NCBI GenBank assembly: GCA_964511315.1
Contig: CAZEFF010000005.1
Span: forward strand, 159-64,158
Reading direction: 5' to 3'
DNA: 64,000 bases
Source: an uncultured bacterium
Lineage (GTDB): Bacteria; Omnitrophota; Omnitrophia; Omnitrophales; Aquincolibacteriaceae
Part shown: one piece after another, positions 1 through 9,266 of the stretch
How positions within the stretch are numbered: position 1 is the first letter of the stretch
Layout of the letters: the number at the start of each line of letters is the position of its first letter
Translations under genes and position numbers: made by a program
Notes under the pieces: generated by a model
What the model was told of the DNA's origin: nothing
Databases searched by the model: none
What the model saw: the letters and a program-made list of their open reading frames with translations, nothing else

Positions 1-424
1 CGATCATGTGACGGCCGATCACCCGTGAAATCACAATGACGCGTTTCCCCCAGCCCATAATTTGACTTAAAGGATGATTAGAATAATAGCCATGACAAGT
101 TGTCACAAACGGTACAAGGGCCTTGCGCGCGGCAAACCAGCCGATCCACGCCGGAACACGGCTCCGGGCATGGACAATGTCGACACGTTCACGTTCAATA
201 ATTTGCGCGAGTTGCGAAACCAAGGACAATGAGAAAAGAGATTTTTTATGGACCGGAAGCAGATAATGCGTCACATTCATTTTTTGAAGTTCGGAGACAA
301 GCTCTCCCCCGGATGAGACCACCACGGTATCATGCCCCCGCTTTTTAAGCGCGCGGGCAAGATCGATAACACCCCGCTCGACGCCGCCGACATCCAAGGA
401 AGGAATAAGCTGTAATATTTTCAT
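1..424 (-). CDS. Glycosyltransferase family 1/4 (GT-B fold), N-terminal part only; the gene continues past the window start. Probably LPS core/lipid A glycosylation given its operon.
   Basis: Minus-strand ORF with ATG at 424-422 overlapping the upstream stop (ATGA). My translation begins MKILQLIPSLDVGGVERGVIDLARALKKRGHDTVVVSSGGEL, a typical GT4 N-terminal domain. It is last in the waaA-lpxK-lpxL operon. Confidence 0.7.
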   Translation of the reverse strand, partial: MKILQLIPSLDVGGVERGVIDLARALKKRGHDTVVVSSGGELVSELQKMNVTHYLLPVHKKSLFSLSLVSQLAQIIERERVDIVHARSRVPAWIGWFAARKALVPFVTTCHGYYSNHPLSQIMGWGKRVIVISRVIGRHMI

Positions 425-2376
425 AGAATTTCCTGAAGTCTTGTTCTTAAAGCAATCGTTTCGCGGTGGAGCCGTGATTGCCCTGCTGAAGAATCATTTA
501 AAGCCGCCAGCGTTTTTTCCTGAAAATCATTCAGCCCCGCGGTTCGGATAGCCGATTCCCGGGCAAGAATTTCTTTGAAGCGGCGGTGTTTTTTAGGAAG
601 TGCGGCGGAACCCAGCTCAAGAACAACGACCTTCTTACCGGAATTAACCGCCTCTGAAATCATCGAGACGCTGTCTTCCGTCACAATCAAAACATCCGCT
701 AAAGCCATCATTCCGCCCACTACTTCAGGCCGGCTGTCTTCTTTAGCAATGACAACCATTTGACATGCGGGATCCTGCGCGACGATTTCTTTTAAATACT
801 TTGAGATTTTATCCGGGGTCCGGCGTGAAGTGGTAATCACAAAGTCGCCGGCTGCAGGCGACAAGTTTTTTAGTGACGCGACAATACTTTTAACATCCTC
901 AAGGTCCATTTGAAATCTGCGGGTCGGCCCGCCTAAAAAAACCGCGAATTTCACGCGCTTAATATTTCTCATCCGTCCTTTTAATTTTTCAGCGTCTTCT
1001 TCAAGACTATTCTCTTCAACAAGACTCGGAGTTAGGATAGTGCGGAAAGCTTTATCCGGCATTAAGCCCTCATCATGCGCGGGAACAACCGCTAAATCAT
1101 AACGGAAAAAATTGAAAGGAAAACTGGGCTTCATCAAAACAATGCTTTTGGCGCGGCTGTCTTTGGCGATCATAAGATTAATCGGAACCAAACTGGACCC
1201 GGCAGAAATAACAAAATCCGTACTGCTTTCGGCAATTTTTTGCGCGCATTCAGGTTTTAGGAAAAAATGAAGCGTCCAAAGCCTCCCCTGCGCCCAAGGG
1301 AGCAAAAAAAGCGAAATTATTCCAAATAGAGCTCGGTGAAAACCGGATTTAAATTTCACCTCGATGGATTGAGTCAAGTATTCCATGCCCGGCCGGCCGT
1401 ACTGAGAATCAATCTGATGAATTTGCCCCGCCACAGCCTGTGATTGCTTCACATGGCCCGGTTTTCCATCCGAAAGTATCAAAATGCGTTTCGACCAGGA
1501 ATACTTCCAGCGTTTTGTTTCCCAAAGATATTGTTCAGGGTGTTTGCGGATAAACTTTTCAAGATTTCCCATGAACGAGCGCGCGGCTAATTCCAAATCC
1601 TGCTGTTCTTGATTCATTTTTGAAATTTCGATGGGCTCCCCAACATAAATATCATGGTGAATATCTCCGCGCCGGACAATAAAGCAAGGCAGGACAGGCG
1701 CGCCTGTTCGAAGAGCTAAATCAAACGCTCCGGTCGGCACCGTGGTTTTCCGCCCCAGAAATGGGATGATAACTCCGCCTTGTTTACCGGCATCCTGATC
1801 CGCGACAAGCCCAACAAGTTCTTTGCGGCGAAGACCTCTGAGCATATCCCGAATGCCCATTCCCCGGCGGATGGCCATCGATCCGTGACTTTCGCGCAGA
1901 CTGTTTAGAAAATCATTCAAGCGTGAATGTTTATGTCCGCGCGCGAGAACATGAATGGGCTTGCCTAAAATCCCTGAAACGATTTGAAGAAGCTCCCAAT
2001 TCCCAAAGTGTCCTGTAAGCAGGATCAATCCTTTGTCCCGGGCGATCGCCGAATAAAAACGGTCGATATTGTGGATATGAATCGTCCGTTCAATCGTTTC
2101 TTTATCGAGTACGGGAAACCGAAGCGTCTCGATAAACATCTGCCCCATATGCTCATAGTGATCACGGACGAGACGCTTGATTTTGACTTCAGAAAATCCG
2201 GCTCCAAGCGCGGCTTTCATGTCTGAATAGGCTACACGCCGGCGGTTTGAAAACAGCATCGCCGCGCGGCCCAGGAAACGCCCGATCAGCAAAGCGCGTT
2301 CCAGCGGGAGATCTCTGACAAAATCAGAGAAATTCTTTATCAGCAAAAAGCCGATAGAATCCACAAGGGATTTCAC
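421..2376 (-). CDS. Lipid A late acyltransferase (LpxL/HtrB-type lysophospholipid acyltransferase domain, about 300 aa) fused to a C-terminal ELM1/DUF1022-like domain (about 330 aa).
   Basis: 651 aa ORF. The N-terminal half has LPLAT features (LTGHFGNWE, acyltransferase box, DQD). The C-terminal half begins RILILSDGKPGHVKQSQAVAG, resembling bacterial ELM1/DUF1022 proteins. Start overlaps the lpxK stop; the downstream GT overlaps by ATGA. Confidence 0.75.
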   Translation of the reverse strand: MKSLVDSIGFLLIKNFSDFVRDLPLERALLIGRFLGRAAMLFSNRRRVAYSDMKAALGAGFSEVKIKRLVRDHYEHMGQMFIETLRFPVLDKETIERTIHIHNIDRFYSAIARDKGLILLTGHFGNWELLQIVSGILGKPIHVLARGHKHSRLNDFLNSLRESHGSMAIRRGMGIRDMLRGLRRKELVGLVADQDAGKQGGVIIPFLGRKTTVPTGAFDLALRTGAPVLPCFIVRRGDIHHDIYVGEPIEISKMNQEQQDLELAARSFMGNLEKFIRKHPEQYLWETKRWKYSWSKRILILSDGKPGHVKQSQAVAGQIHQIDSQYGRPGMEYLTQSIEVKFKSGFHRALFGIISLFLLPWAQGRLWTLHFFLKPECAQKIAESSTDFVISAGSSLVPINLMIAKDSRAKSIVLMKPSFPFNFFRYDLAVVPAHDEGLMPDKAFRTILTPSLVEENSLEEDAEKLKGRMRNIKRVKFAVFLGGPTRRFQMDLEDVKSIVASLKNLSPAAGDFVITTSRRTPDKISKYLKEIVAQDPACQMVVIAKEDSRPEVVGGMMALADVLIVTEDSVSMISEAVNSGKKVVVLELGSAALPKKHRRFKEILARESAIRTAGLNDFQEKTLAALNDSSAGQSRLHRETIALRTRLQEIL

Positions 2377-3428
2377 GAACCTGCCACCCCCAATAAATGA
2401 TGCAGCTTCTCAAGTAAAAACTCTTCGCCGGAAGAAATACGCAGACGCGTGGCAAGCACCAGAGGGTTCACTGAATTCGCGATGGCGTCAGGCGCGCGGT
2501 AATAATCTTTTTCCGTCGTAATAATTTCGTCCGCGGAAGCGGAGTGACTGACATTCTTGATTTCTTCGAGCTCTTTGCCGCTGAACACATGATGGTCCGT
2601 GAACTCAAAGTTCCGGATCGGCCGGATCTGTAAACGCGTCAGAAGCAGCTGGAAGGAACGCGGAGCGCCCACCGCTGAAAATGTGGTTACTTTTTGACGC
2701 TGCAGCCGTTCAATGGGAACACGCGCCCGCTTTTTCGCGCGGTAAAAAAACAGCGGCTCGAGATAAGAATCCAGCAGAAGCACATCCGGGGAAAATTGTC
2801 TTATCTTGGTTTTTAAGTCATTCAGCTCTTTAGGCGAAACTAAATTCGCGTGTGTAATAACAACCGCATGGGCGCGCTTTAACGCCGCCGGAGACTCCCT
2901 TAAAATTCCGCGCGGAATGATATTCCCGTTTCCAAACGGATTTAAAGCGTTCACCATCACAATCTCAAAATCACGCTGAACCGGCCAATGCTGAAACCCA
3001 TCATCTAAGATCGCGGCATCCACTTTTTGTTTACTCGCGATCTCACGCGCGACACCCGCCCGGTTTTTCCCAACTCCGATAATGGCTCTCGGCAGATGAT
3101 GCTTAAACTGTTCCACTTCATCATGATTATACCCGCGGGTTAAAACAAGCGGCGTACGCTGACGGTCGGAAATTCTTCGGGCGAGATACTCCACAAAAGG
3201 CGTCTTTCCGGTTCCGCCCCAGGTTAAATTTCCAACGCTAATAACGGGAAAAGGCAGTTTTTCAGATTTTAAAATCTTTCCTTCATAAAGCGCACGCGTA
3301 GTTCCGCTGACCGCAGAATAAACACCGCTCGCGATCCCTAGTAAAGGCTTCCAAATTTTAGTGGCAGGGCCGTCTTCAAAACCTTCCGCCAATCTGCGGA
3401 AATAACTTCTTGTCGATACCATTTTCAA
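2373..3428 (-). CDS. lpxK: Tetraacyldisaccharide 4'-kinase LpxK
   Basis: 351 aa with P-loop GNLTWGGTGKTP and LpxK-like architecture. Lies between waaA and lpxL. Start position somewhat uncertain (overlaps waaA 3' end by about 50 nt). Confidence 0.85.
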   Translation of the reverse strand: MKMVSTRSYFRRLAEGFEDGPATKIWKPLLGIASGVYSAVSGTTRALYEGKILKSEKLPFPVISVGNLTWGGTGKTPFVEYLARRISDRQRTPLVLTRGYNHDEVEQFKHHLPRAIIGVGKNRAGVAREIASKQKVDAAILDDGFQHWPVQRDFEIVMVNALNPFGNGNIIPRGILRESPAALKRAHAVVITHANLVSPKELNDLKTKIRQFSPDVLLLDSYLEPLFFYRAKKRARVPIERLQRQKVTTFSAVGAPRSFQLLLTRLQIRPIRNFEFTDHHVFSGKELEEIKNVSHSASADEIITTEKDYYRAPDAIANSVNPLVLATRLRISSGEEFLLEKLHHLLGVAGS

Positions 3429-4731
3429 TCCTTTCCTGTTTGAGCGGGTTCAAAAAATGATGAACCCATTGCAAGTGGCGGTCCGTCGCTCCCTGAGCTT
3501 CCCGCACAAGTTCCCAGGCCCTTTGGGCCATTTCAGAACTTTTTCGATCGTCTCCAAGGAGTTGACCCAGCTTCAGCGCAAGTTCTTCTTCATGCTGCAC
3601 AAGAACCGCGGCTTCCGCCCGGTCAAAACCGCCATAGATTTGTTTAAAATTAAACACGTAAGGGCCATGAAAAACAGGGCATCGGCAAGCCGCCGGCTCG
3701 ATAGGGTTTTGTCCCCCATGCGGAACCAAACTCCCGCCCACAAATGCCGCATCGGTCATGGCGTAAAGGTGTTTTAAGACACCCAGTTGATCTAAAATCA
3801 AAACGTCAAACTCGTCCCTTGCTTCTCTTTTACTTGCCTGTACAGCTTTCAAATTTTGCTTACCGCACAAAGTTAAAATGGCCCCAGACCTTTCAATATG
3901 CCTGGGAGCTAAAATCAACTTTAGATTCGCGGTCTTTTTTTTCAGCCGGCTAAAAACATTCAGCAGAATTTCTTCTTCGCCGGGATGCGTACTTCCTCCG
4001 ATGATAATTTTATCTTGAGCGGCAAAGCCCCATTCTTTCCTTAAGCGAAGAATCCCTTCGGGATCACGTTCCGTCATTTTGACATTATCAAACTTCATAT
4101 TTCCCATCACAGCAACTTTCCCGGCAGGAACCCCTAAACTTGAAAAGCGCGCGGCGTCGTCTTTACTTTGAGTCAGAACGAAAGCGATTTTACTGAATAA
4201 CGGATCAAAGATATTTTTAAACTTAGCATAACGCCCCGCGGATTTTTCTGAAAGGCGCCCATTTAAAAGCCCAACCGGAACATTTCTTCTCGAAGCCTCC
4301 TGAAGCAGATTCGGCCAAATTTCTGTCTCCATCAAAAAAAGACATACCGGCCGAATTTTTTCAAAGAAACTGCTTACAGCCGCCGTTACGTCAAAAGGGA
4401 AATAACATACCGTCACCTTTTCAGATTCAAGACTTTTGGCGATTTTTTGCCCGGTCGGAGTTACTGTCGTCAGCACGATATGAAAACCAGGCTGATCCGC
4501 CAGCAGACCCTCAATAAATTTTTTCGCGGCCATGACCTCCCCCACGCTGACCGCGTGCACCCAAAGATTCCCATTTCTTTTAAAGGCCGATAACTTTTGC
4601 GGTGAAAACCTTCCGCATCTCTCCCTCAGAAGAACCCATGGATTTTCCGCCTGAGATATTTTTACCGCGAAAATCGGCAGATAAAAAATGCCGAATAAAA
4701 TAAATGAGATGTTGTAAATAAAGCTCATCAT
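3376..4731 (-). CDS. waaA: 3-deoxy-D-manno-octulosonic acid (Kdo) transferase WaaA/KdtA
   Basis: 451 aa; N-terminal TM segment; WVHAVSVGE motif and GT30 family architecture; first gene of the lipid A late-step operon. Confidence 0.9.
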   Translation of the reverse strand: MMSFIYNISFILFGIFYLPIFAVKISQAENPWVLLRERCGRFSPQKLSAFKRNGNLWVHAVSVGEVMAAKKFIEGLLADQPGFHIVLTTVTPTGQKIAKSLESEKVTVCYFPFDVTAAVSSFFEKIRPVCLFLMETEIWPNLLQEASRRNVPVGLLNGRLSEKSAGRYAKFKNIFDPLFSKIAFVLTQSKDDAARFSSLGVPAGKVAVMGNMKFDNVKMTERDPEGILRLRKEWGFAAQDKIIIGGSTHPGEEEILLNVFSRLKKKTANLKLILAPRHIERSGAILTLCGKQNLKAVQASKREARDEFDVLILDQLGVLKHLYAMTDAAFVGGSLVPHGGQNPIEPAACRCPVFHGPYVFNFKQIYGGFDRAEAAVLVQHEEELALKLGQLLGDDRKSSEMAQRAWELVREAQGATDRHLQWVHHFLNPLKQERIENGIDKKLFPQIGGRF

Positions 4732-4745
4732 CAGTTTAATTACTG

Positions 4746-5624
4746 CTATGCATGCGGATGAGCGGAATCGTAGACTTCTTTAAGCCGCTTTGTCGTCACA
4801 TGGGTATAAATTTGTGTGGTCGATAAATTTTCGTGACCTAATAACTCCTGCACACTTCTAAGATCAGCGCCGCGGTCAAGCATATGGGTCGCAAAGGAAT
4901 GCCTCAGCATATGCGGAGAAACTTCCTTACGCAAAGCAATGCGGCGCGCGTACTTTAAAATCATTCTCCGGACACTCCGGTCTGTTAACCGTCCGCCTGA
5001 ACGGTTCATATAAAGGGCCCGTTTACCGCCGCCGTCATTTTCTCTGGGCGCTTTCATTGCCATGTATTCCTGAATCGCTTTGGCGGCGATAGCACCGACC
5101 GGAACGATTCTTTCTTTCTTACCTTTTCCCCGAACCCGAACAAGCCCTGAAAAAAAATCAACATCGTCGTGGTTGAGTCCAACTAGCTCGCTGACGCGAA
5201 GCCCGGAACTGTAAAGCGTTTCTAAAATCGCGCGGTCTCTTTTTTCTTCCCAGGTATTTTTAGAAGGGGCCTCAAGCAAATTGGTGATTTCAGTAGGTTC
5301 CAAAAATTTGGGGAGTCTTTTTTCTCTTTTAGGTGTCGCGATCGTCGCGGCGGGGTTTGTCTGCAGCACTTGCTCCCTGACAAGGTATTTAAAAAATGAG
5401 CGCAGGCAGGCTAATTTCCGGGCAATTGTGCTCTTAGAATAAGACCGGTTTTTCAAAACCGCTAAAAAAGAACGGATATCGAGGTAGGTGATATTTGAAA
5501 CGGGTTTCTTTTCTAACGTCCCGGTAAATTCACGGAGATCGATCAAATAATTTTTGACCGTATGGTCAGAAGCATTTTTTTCGTTGGAGAGAAACTGGAG
5601 AAAGCTTTGAGCGTGATTATCCAT
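4746..5624 (-). CDS. Tyrosine site-specific recombinase, XerC/XerD family
   Basis: 292 aa; catalytic-region motifs HMLRHSFATHMLDRGADLRSVQELLGHENLSTTQIYTHV with the terminal Tyr; N-terminal SAM-like domain. Stop overlaps the topA stop region (co-directional). Confidence 0.85.
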   Translation of the reverse strand: MDNHAQSFLQFLSNEKNASDHTVKNYLIDLREFTGTLEKKPVSNITYLDIRSFLAVLKNRSYSKSTIARKLACLRSFFKYLVREQVLQTNPAATIATPKREKRLPKFLEPTEITNLLEAPSKNTWEEKRDRAILETLYSSGLRVSELVGLNHDDVDFFSGLVRVRGKGKKERIVPVGAIAAKAIQEYMAMKAPRENDGGGKRALYMNRSGGRLTDRSVRRMILKYARRIALRKEVSPHMLRHSFATHMLDRGADLRSVQELLGHENLSTTQIYTHVTTKRLKEVYDSAHPHA

Positions 5625-8119
5625 TAGGGACCGAGAACTTCACGGTCCTCTTCCGAAATCTCATCATCTTTGCCCATGCCGCCCGATTCTTGATCCTTGC
5701 TCGGCAGTTTATTGGCAATAAAATCACATTTCGGATAATTTGAGCAGCCGTAAAATGTCCGCCTCTTTTTTGACATGCGTTTGACCAGATCCCCATCGCA
5801 TCCTTCTTTGGAGCACTTTACTCCCGTGGGGATTGAGCGGGTTGTCTTACATTCAGGGAAACCTGAGCAGGCCATAAATTTTCCAAAACGGCCCATTTTA
5901 ATAACCATTTGTTTGCCGCAGGCAGTGCAATTATATTCAGTCGGAATCGCTTCCTGCCGGACATTTTTCATTTCTTCGCGGGCGACTTTAACATTTTCTT
6001 CAAACGGCCCATAAAAATCTTTCAGAACACGGACCCACTGCATTTCTCCGTCTTCGATTTTATCAAGTTCATCTTCCATCAAGGCTGTGAACTGGATATC
6101 GAGAACTTTCGGAAAATGCTGCACGAGAAGATTAACCACTGTTTCCCCCAGCTCGGTCGGCATTAAAGCGCCGCCTTTGCGGGTCACATAATCGCGGTAA
6201 AGAAGCGTATAAATGGTCGGCGCGTAGGTGCTCGGGCGGCCAATCCCCTTTTCTTCAAGGATTTTAACGAGACTGGCATCATTAAAACGCGCGGGCGGCT
6301 TCGTAAAATGCTGATATCCAAAAAGCTCATTAAGCTTCAAAATTTCTCCGGGCGTGAGCTGAGGCAGTTCGCTTTCTTCGCTTTCATCTTCTTCGTCTTT
6401 TCCGTCTTTTTCTTCTTTTGGCGCTTTCGAATCTTTCGCTTCACCAAAAACAATGCCAAATCCGGGAAACAAATTACGCCGGCCGGTCGTTTTGAAAAAA
6501 TATTTTGTTCCCGCAACAATGGAAACAGAAACTTGTTCGTCAATCGCAGGCATCATCTGCGAACCTAAGAATTTACGCCAAATTAAGTCATAGAGCCTAA
6601 ATTCATCTTCATCAAGATAACTTTTAATCGATTCGGGAGTCCTTTTAACCGAGCTCGGGCGAATCGCTTCATGCGCTTCCTGCGCGCCTTTTTTAGATTT
6701 GTAAACAGGCGGTTCTTTAGGCAAATAGTTATCACCGTATTTTTGACGGATATAATCAATTGCTTCGGCCTGCGCCGTAACAGAAATATTCACGGAATCG
6801 GTTCTCATATAGGTAATCAAACCGACACTGCCTTCTTCACCGAGCTCAACACCTTCATATAATTTCTGAGCCACGCGCATTGTTTTCGCGGCGGGAAACC
6901 CGAGACGGTTATACGCCTCCTGCTGAATTTTGCTGGTTGTGTACGGAGCCTGCGGTCTGCGAGAACGCTCTTTCTTATCAACCTTGTCGACTTTAAACGG
7001 TAAGGTCAAAATTTCATCGCGGATTTTTTGAGTTTGCTCGCGGTTTTTAAGCTCTACTTTCTCTTCACCAATTCTTTCAAATTTCGCCAGGAAAATTTTT
7101 CCGGCATTCTGCGGTTTTTCGGATAACAGCTTCGCTTCTAAGGACCAGTATTCCTGCGGAACAAAGGCCCGAATTTCTAGTTCGCGGTCCACAATGAAAC
7201 GCAAAGCGACTGACTGCACGCGCCCGGCACTTAAACCCCGTCCGACTTTCCGCCAAAGTAAGGGGCTTAGTTCATAGCCAACAATACGGTCAAGAATCCG
7301 GCGCGCTTGCTGGGCATTAACAAGGTTCATTTCAATTTCACGGGGATGTTCAAACGCCCCTTTTACCGCTTCTTTGGTAATTTCATTAAATACTACGCGG
7401 GAAATTTCAGTTTCGGGATTATCTTCTCTAAAAATATGCGAGAGATGCCAGCTGATCGCTTCCCCTTCACGGTCAGGATCAGGCGCTAAATAAATGCGGG
7501 TTTTTCCTTTGGCTTGTTTGCGCAAATGCTTAACTGTTTTCGAAGCCTTGCGCATCACAATATATTGCGGTTCGAAATCTTTTTCGATTTCGACACCCAT
7601 TTTACTTCTGGGCAAATCGCGGACATGGCCCATAGAAGCTTCGACAAGATAATCGGGGCCTAAAAATTTATTAATGGTTTTAGCTTTCGCGGGAGATTCA
7701 ACAATCACCAGATTGCTCGGACCTTTAACAGAAGATTCTGAATCTGATTTTTTAGCTTTTTTAGCGCGCGGTTTTTTCGGCGCAGCTTCATCTGAAGATT
7801 CGGCTTTGGCTTTTGGCTTGCGGGCACGCGCTTTTTTCGGCGCTTCAGGCTTGGGTTCATCAGCCGGGAGGACTGCGGGCGCTTCTTCTTCCCCGCTTCC
7901 TCCGCCGACAAAATGAAGGACTTCAATGCGGTCGCCATCTTCAATCAAAACATCTTTGAAGGTTTCCCGGGAGATCACTTGTTCGTTATGTTCAACAACA
8001 ACCGTATTGGGATTGATGGAAAAATGGCTAAGAAGCTCAGAAAGAGAGGCTGCAGAGCCCAAGCTCTTTTCTTGCCCATTGAGATAGATCATGATCTGTT
8101 TTTCGTCAGTAGTCTTCAT
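5624..8119 (-). CDS. topA: DNA topoisomerase I (TopA) with an in-frame N-terminal ThiS-like beta-grasp domain plus a Lys/Ala/Pro-rich linker
   Basis: 831 aa ORF containing TOPRIM (LVIVESPAKAKTINKFLG), topo IA core and three C-terminal Zn-ribbon C4 motifs. The N-terminal about 70 aa (MIYLNGQEKSL...DGDRIEVLHFVGGG) closely resembles ThiS (B. subtilis ThiS ends IEIVHFVGGG), followed by about 60 aa of KAP-rich low complexity. An alternative internal GTG start at 7718 would give a conventional TopA. Confidence 0.85.
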   Translation of the reverse strand: MKTTDEKQIMIYLNGQEKSLGSAASLSELLSHFSINPNTVVVEHNEQVISRETFKDVLIEDGDRIEVLHFVGGGSGEEEAPAVLPADEPKPEAPKKARARKPKAKAESSDEAAPKKPRAKKAKKSDSESSVKGPSNLVIVESPAKAKTINKFLGPDYLVEASMGHVRDLPRSKMGVEIEKDFEPQYIVMRKASKTVKHLRKQAKGKTRIYLAPDPDREGEAISWHLSHIFREDNPETEISRVVFNEITKEAVKGAFEHPREIEMNLVNAQQARRILDRIVGYELSPLLWRKVGRGLSAGRVQSVALRFIVDRELEIRAFVPQEYWSLEAKLLSEKPQNAGKIFLAKFERIGEEKVELKNREQTQKIRDEILTLPFKVDKVDKKERSRRPQAPYTTSKIQQEAYNRLGFPAAKTMRVAQKLYEGVELGEEGSVGLITYMRTDSVNISVTAQAEAIDYIRQKYGDNYLPKEPPVYKSKKGAQEAHEAIRPSSVKRTPESIKSYLDEDEFRLYDLIWRKFLGSQMMPAIDEQVSVSIVAGTKYFFKTTGRRNLFPGFGIVFGEAKDSKAPKEEKDGKDEEDESEESELPQLTPGEILKLNELFGYQHFTKPPARFNDASLVKILEEKGIGRPSTYAPTIYTLLYRDYVTRKGGALMPTELGETVVNLLVQHFPKVLDIQFTALMEDELDKIEDGEMQWVRVLKDFYGPFEENVKVAREEMKNVRQEAIPTEYNCTACGKQMVIKMGRFGKFMACSGFPECKTTRSIPTGVKCSKEGCDGDLVKRMSKKRRTFYGCSNYPKCDFIANKLPSKDQESGGMGKDDEISEEDREVLGP

Positions 8120-8249
8120 ATTATAAGGGGGTTACAGAGCCTATCTTGCCCTATGAAGTTCGAGATTCTAATAGAAAATCGAGCCCTTGTAAAACACTAT
8201 GTTTATCGGACGTTAATTGGAGAGGCTTAACTTGTTTAATATCAACCAG

Positions 8250-8642
8250 TTAAGAAATTTGATCCCACGGGTCGTTTTTAGAGGAGGATGAGGAGGGAGG
8301 CTGGCCCTTCTTATCTTTGGCAGGCATTTGGTAAAGCGACTCCAGATGCATGATTTGGGAATCCCGGATGGCTTCTTTCTCTATCCGCTTAATCAGGCGC
8401 TTCAAAACCCCAATGCGCATTCCAAACTTCTCTACACAAAGGGTCGTGAGCAAGCGGGTTAGCAAATTAATGTGAATCTCAGCATCCTGCATTCGGTCTT
8501 CGAGGCCTTGGACAGACTGCAGAAGTTTACTCACCTTTTCTTTAAGATTTTGAACTTCCGTATGAAGGGAAAGTGATTCCGCTGCCTGGTTGAGGCGGAT
8601 TAACGGGGTCACTTTGCGTTTAGTTTTTCTTTTTTTCATCAT
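8250..8642 (-). CDS. Hypothetical small basic coiled-coil protein
   Basis: 130 aa ORF with basic N-terminus (MMKKRKTKRK), predicted coiled coil, Ser-rich C-terminus. AAGGGA RBS and TATAAT-like -10 element upstream. No family recognised. Confidence 0.5.
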   Translation of the reverse strand: MMKKRKTKRKVTPLIRLNQAAESLSLHTEVQNLKEKVSKLLQSVQGLEDRMQDAEIHINLLTRLLTTLCVEKFGMRIGVLKRLIKRIEKEAIRDSQIMHLESLYQMPAKDKKGQPPSSSSSKNDPWDQIS

Positions 8643-8732
8643 TTTTCCCTTTCTAGAAGGGTACCATTTTCAATCACTGCCTGCAAATAGGCTTTGTAAG
8701 AGCTCATAACCTATTATAAATAATAGAGTTAT

Positions 8733-8769
8733 AAAAAAAGCCCCTCCCCGCGATGATACGGGAAGGGGC
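8733..8769 (-). terminator. Rho-independent terminator downstream of the RDD-family gene
   Basis: GC-rich hairpin GCCCCTCCCCG-cgatgata-CGGGAAGGGGC (one G-U) followed on the minus strand by a U7 run. It lies 16 nt after the 8786 stop. Confidence 0.6.
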
Positions 8770-8785
8770 TTCAAAATATGGTTTT

Positions 8786-9208
8786 TTAGACAGCAACAAC
8801 TTTTGTTTTCGCGATTTTATCTCCGATTCTTTCTCCCTTGATAATGACATGGATAAGTTCGGCGATATATCCCACGATGAGAACAAAAGGAATGATCAAA
8901 AGAATATTGCGCAGAAAAGCCTGCACAATCGTAACTTTTTCTCCCGTTTGGCTCACAAGTTTAAGATCCGTCATGTAGCGGGCAGGTGAGAAAACCAGGT
9001 CTCTGAAAACAAGCCAGAGAATATTCACCACAACCAAAATCACATTACGGGCACCTTCCGGAGCACGAAAAAGAACAAGTCCCATCAGCACACCCAATAA
9101 AATCGGCATATCAATAAGATCAATAATGCCTGAGGCAATACGCCGTCTTAACGGGGCTGAAGAACCACCACCACTCATAAATTCTGACATAACGTTAACT
9201 CCTTTCAC
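8786..9208 (-). CDS. RDD-family membrane protein
   Basis: 140 aa with three predicted TM segments and the R-D-D pattern (RRRIASGIIDLID ... FRDLVF) typical of PF06271. Confidence 0.6.
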   Translation of the reverse strand: MKGVNVMSEFMSGGGSSAPLRRRIASGIIDLIDMPILLGVLMGLVLFRAPEGARNVILVVVNILWLVFRDLVFSPARYMTDLKLVSQTGEKVTIVQAFLRNILLIIPFVLIVGYIAELIHVIIKGERIGDKIAKTKVVAV

Positions 9209-9266
9209 GATATACAGATATCAACTTAATCAATTATGCCCTGTTTCGGCTGCTCTCGCAAGTACT

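Noticed and set aside
7674-7944. Overlapping ORFs (80 aa plus strand; 79 aa minus strand, alternate frame) in the topA 5' region
   Set aside because: They arise from the compositionally biased Lys/Ala/Pro linker-coding DNA (GC-rich repeats). The main frame continues into a bona fide TopA.
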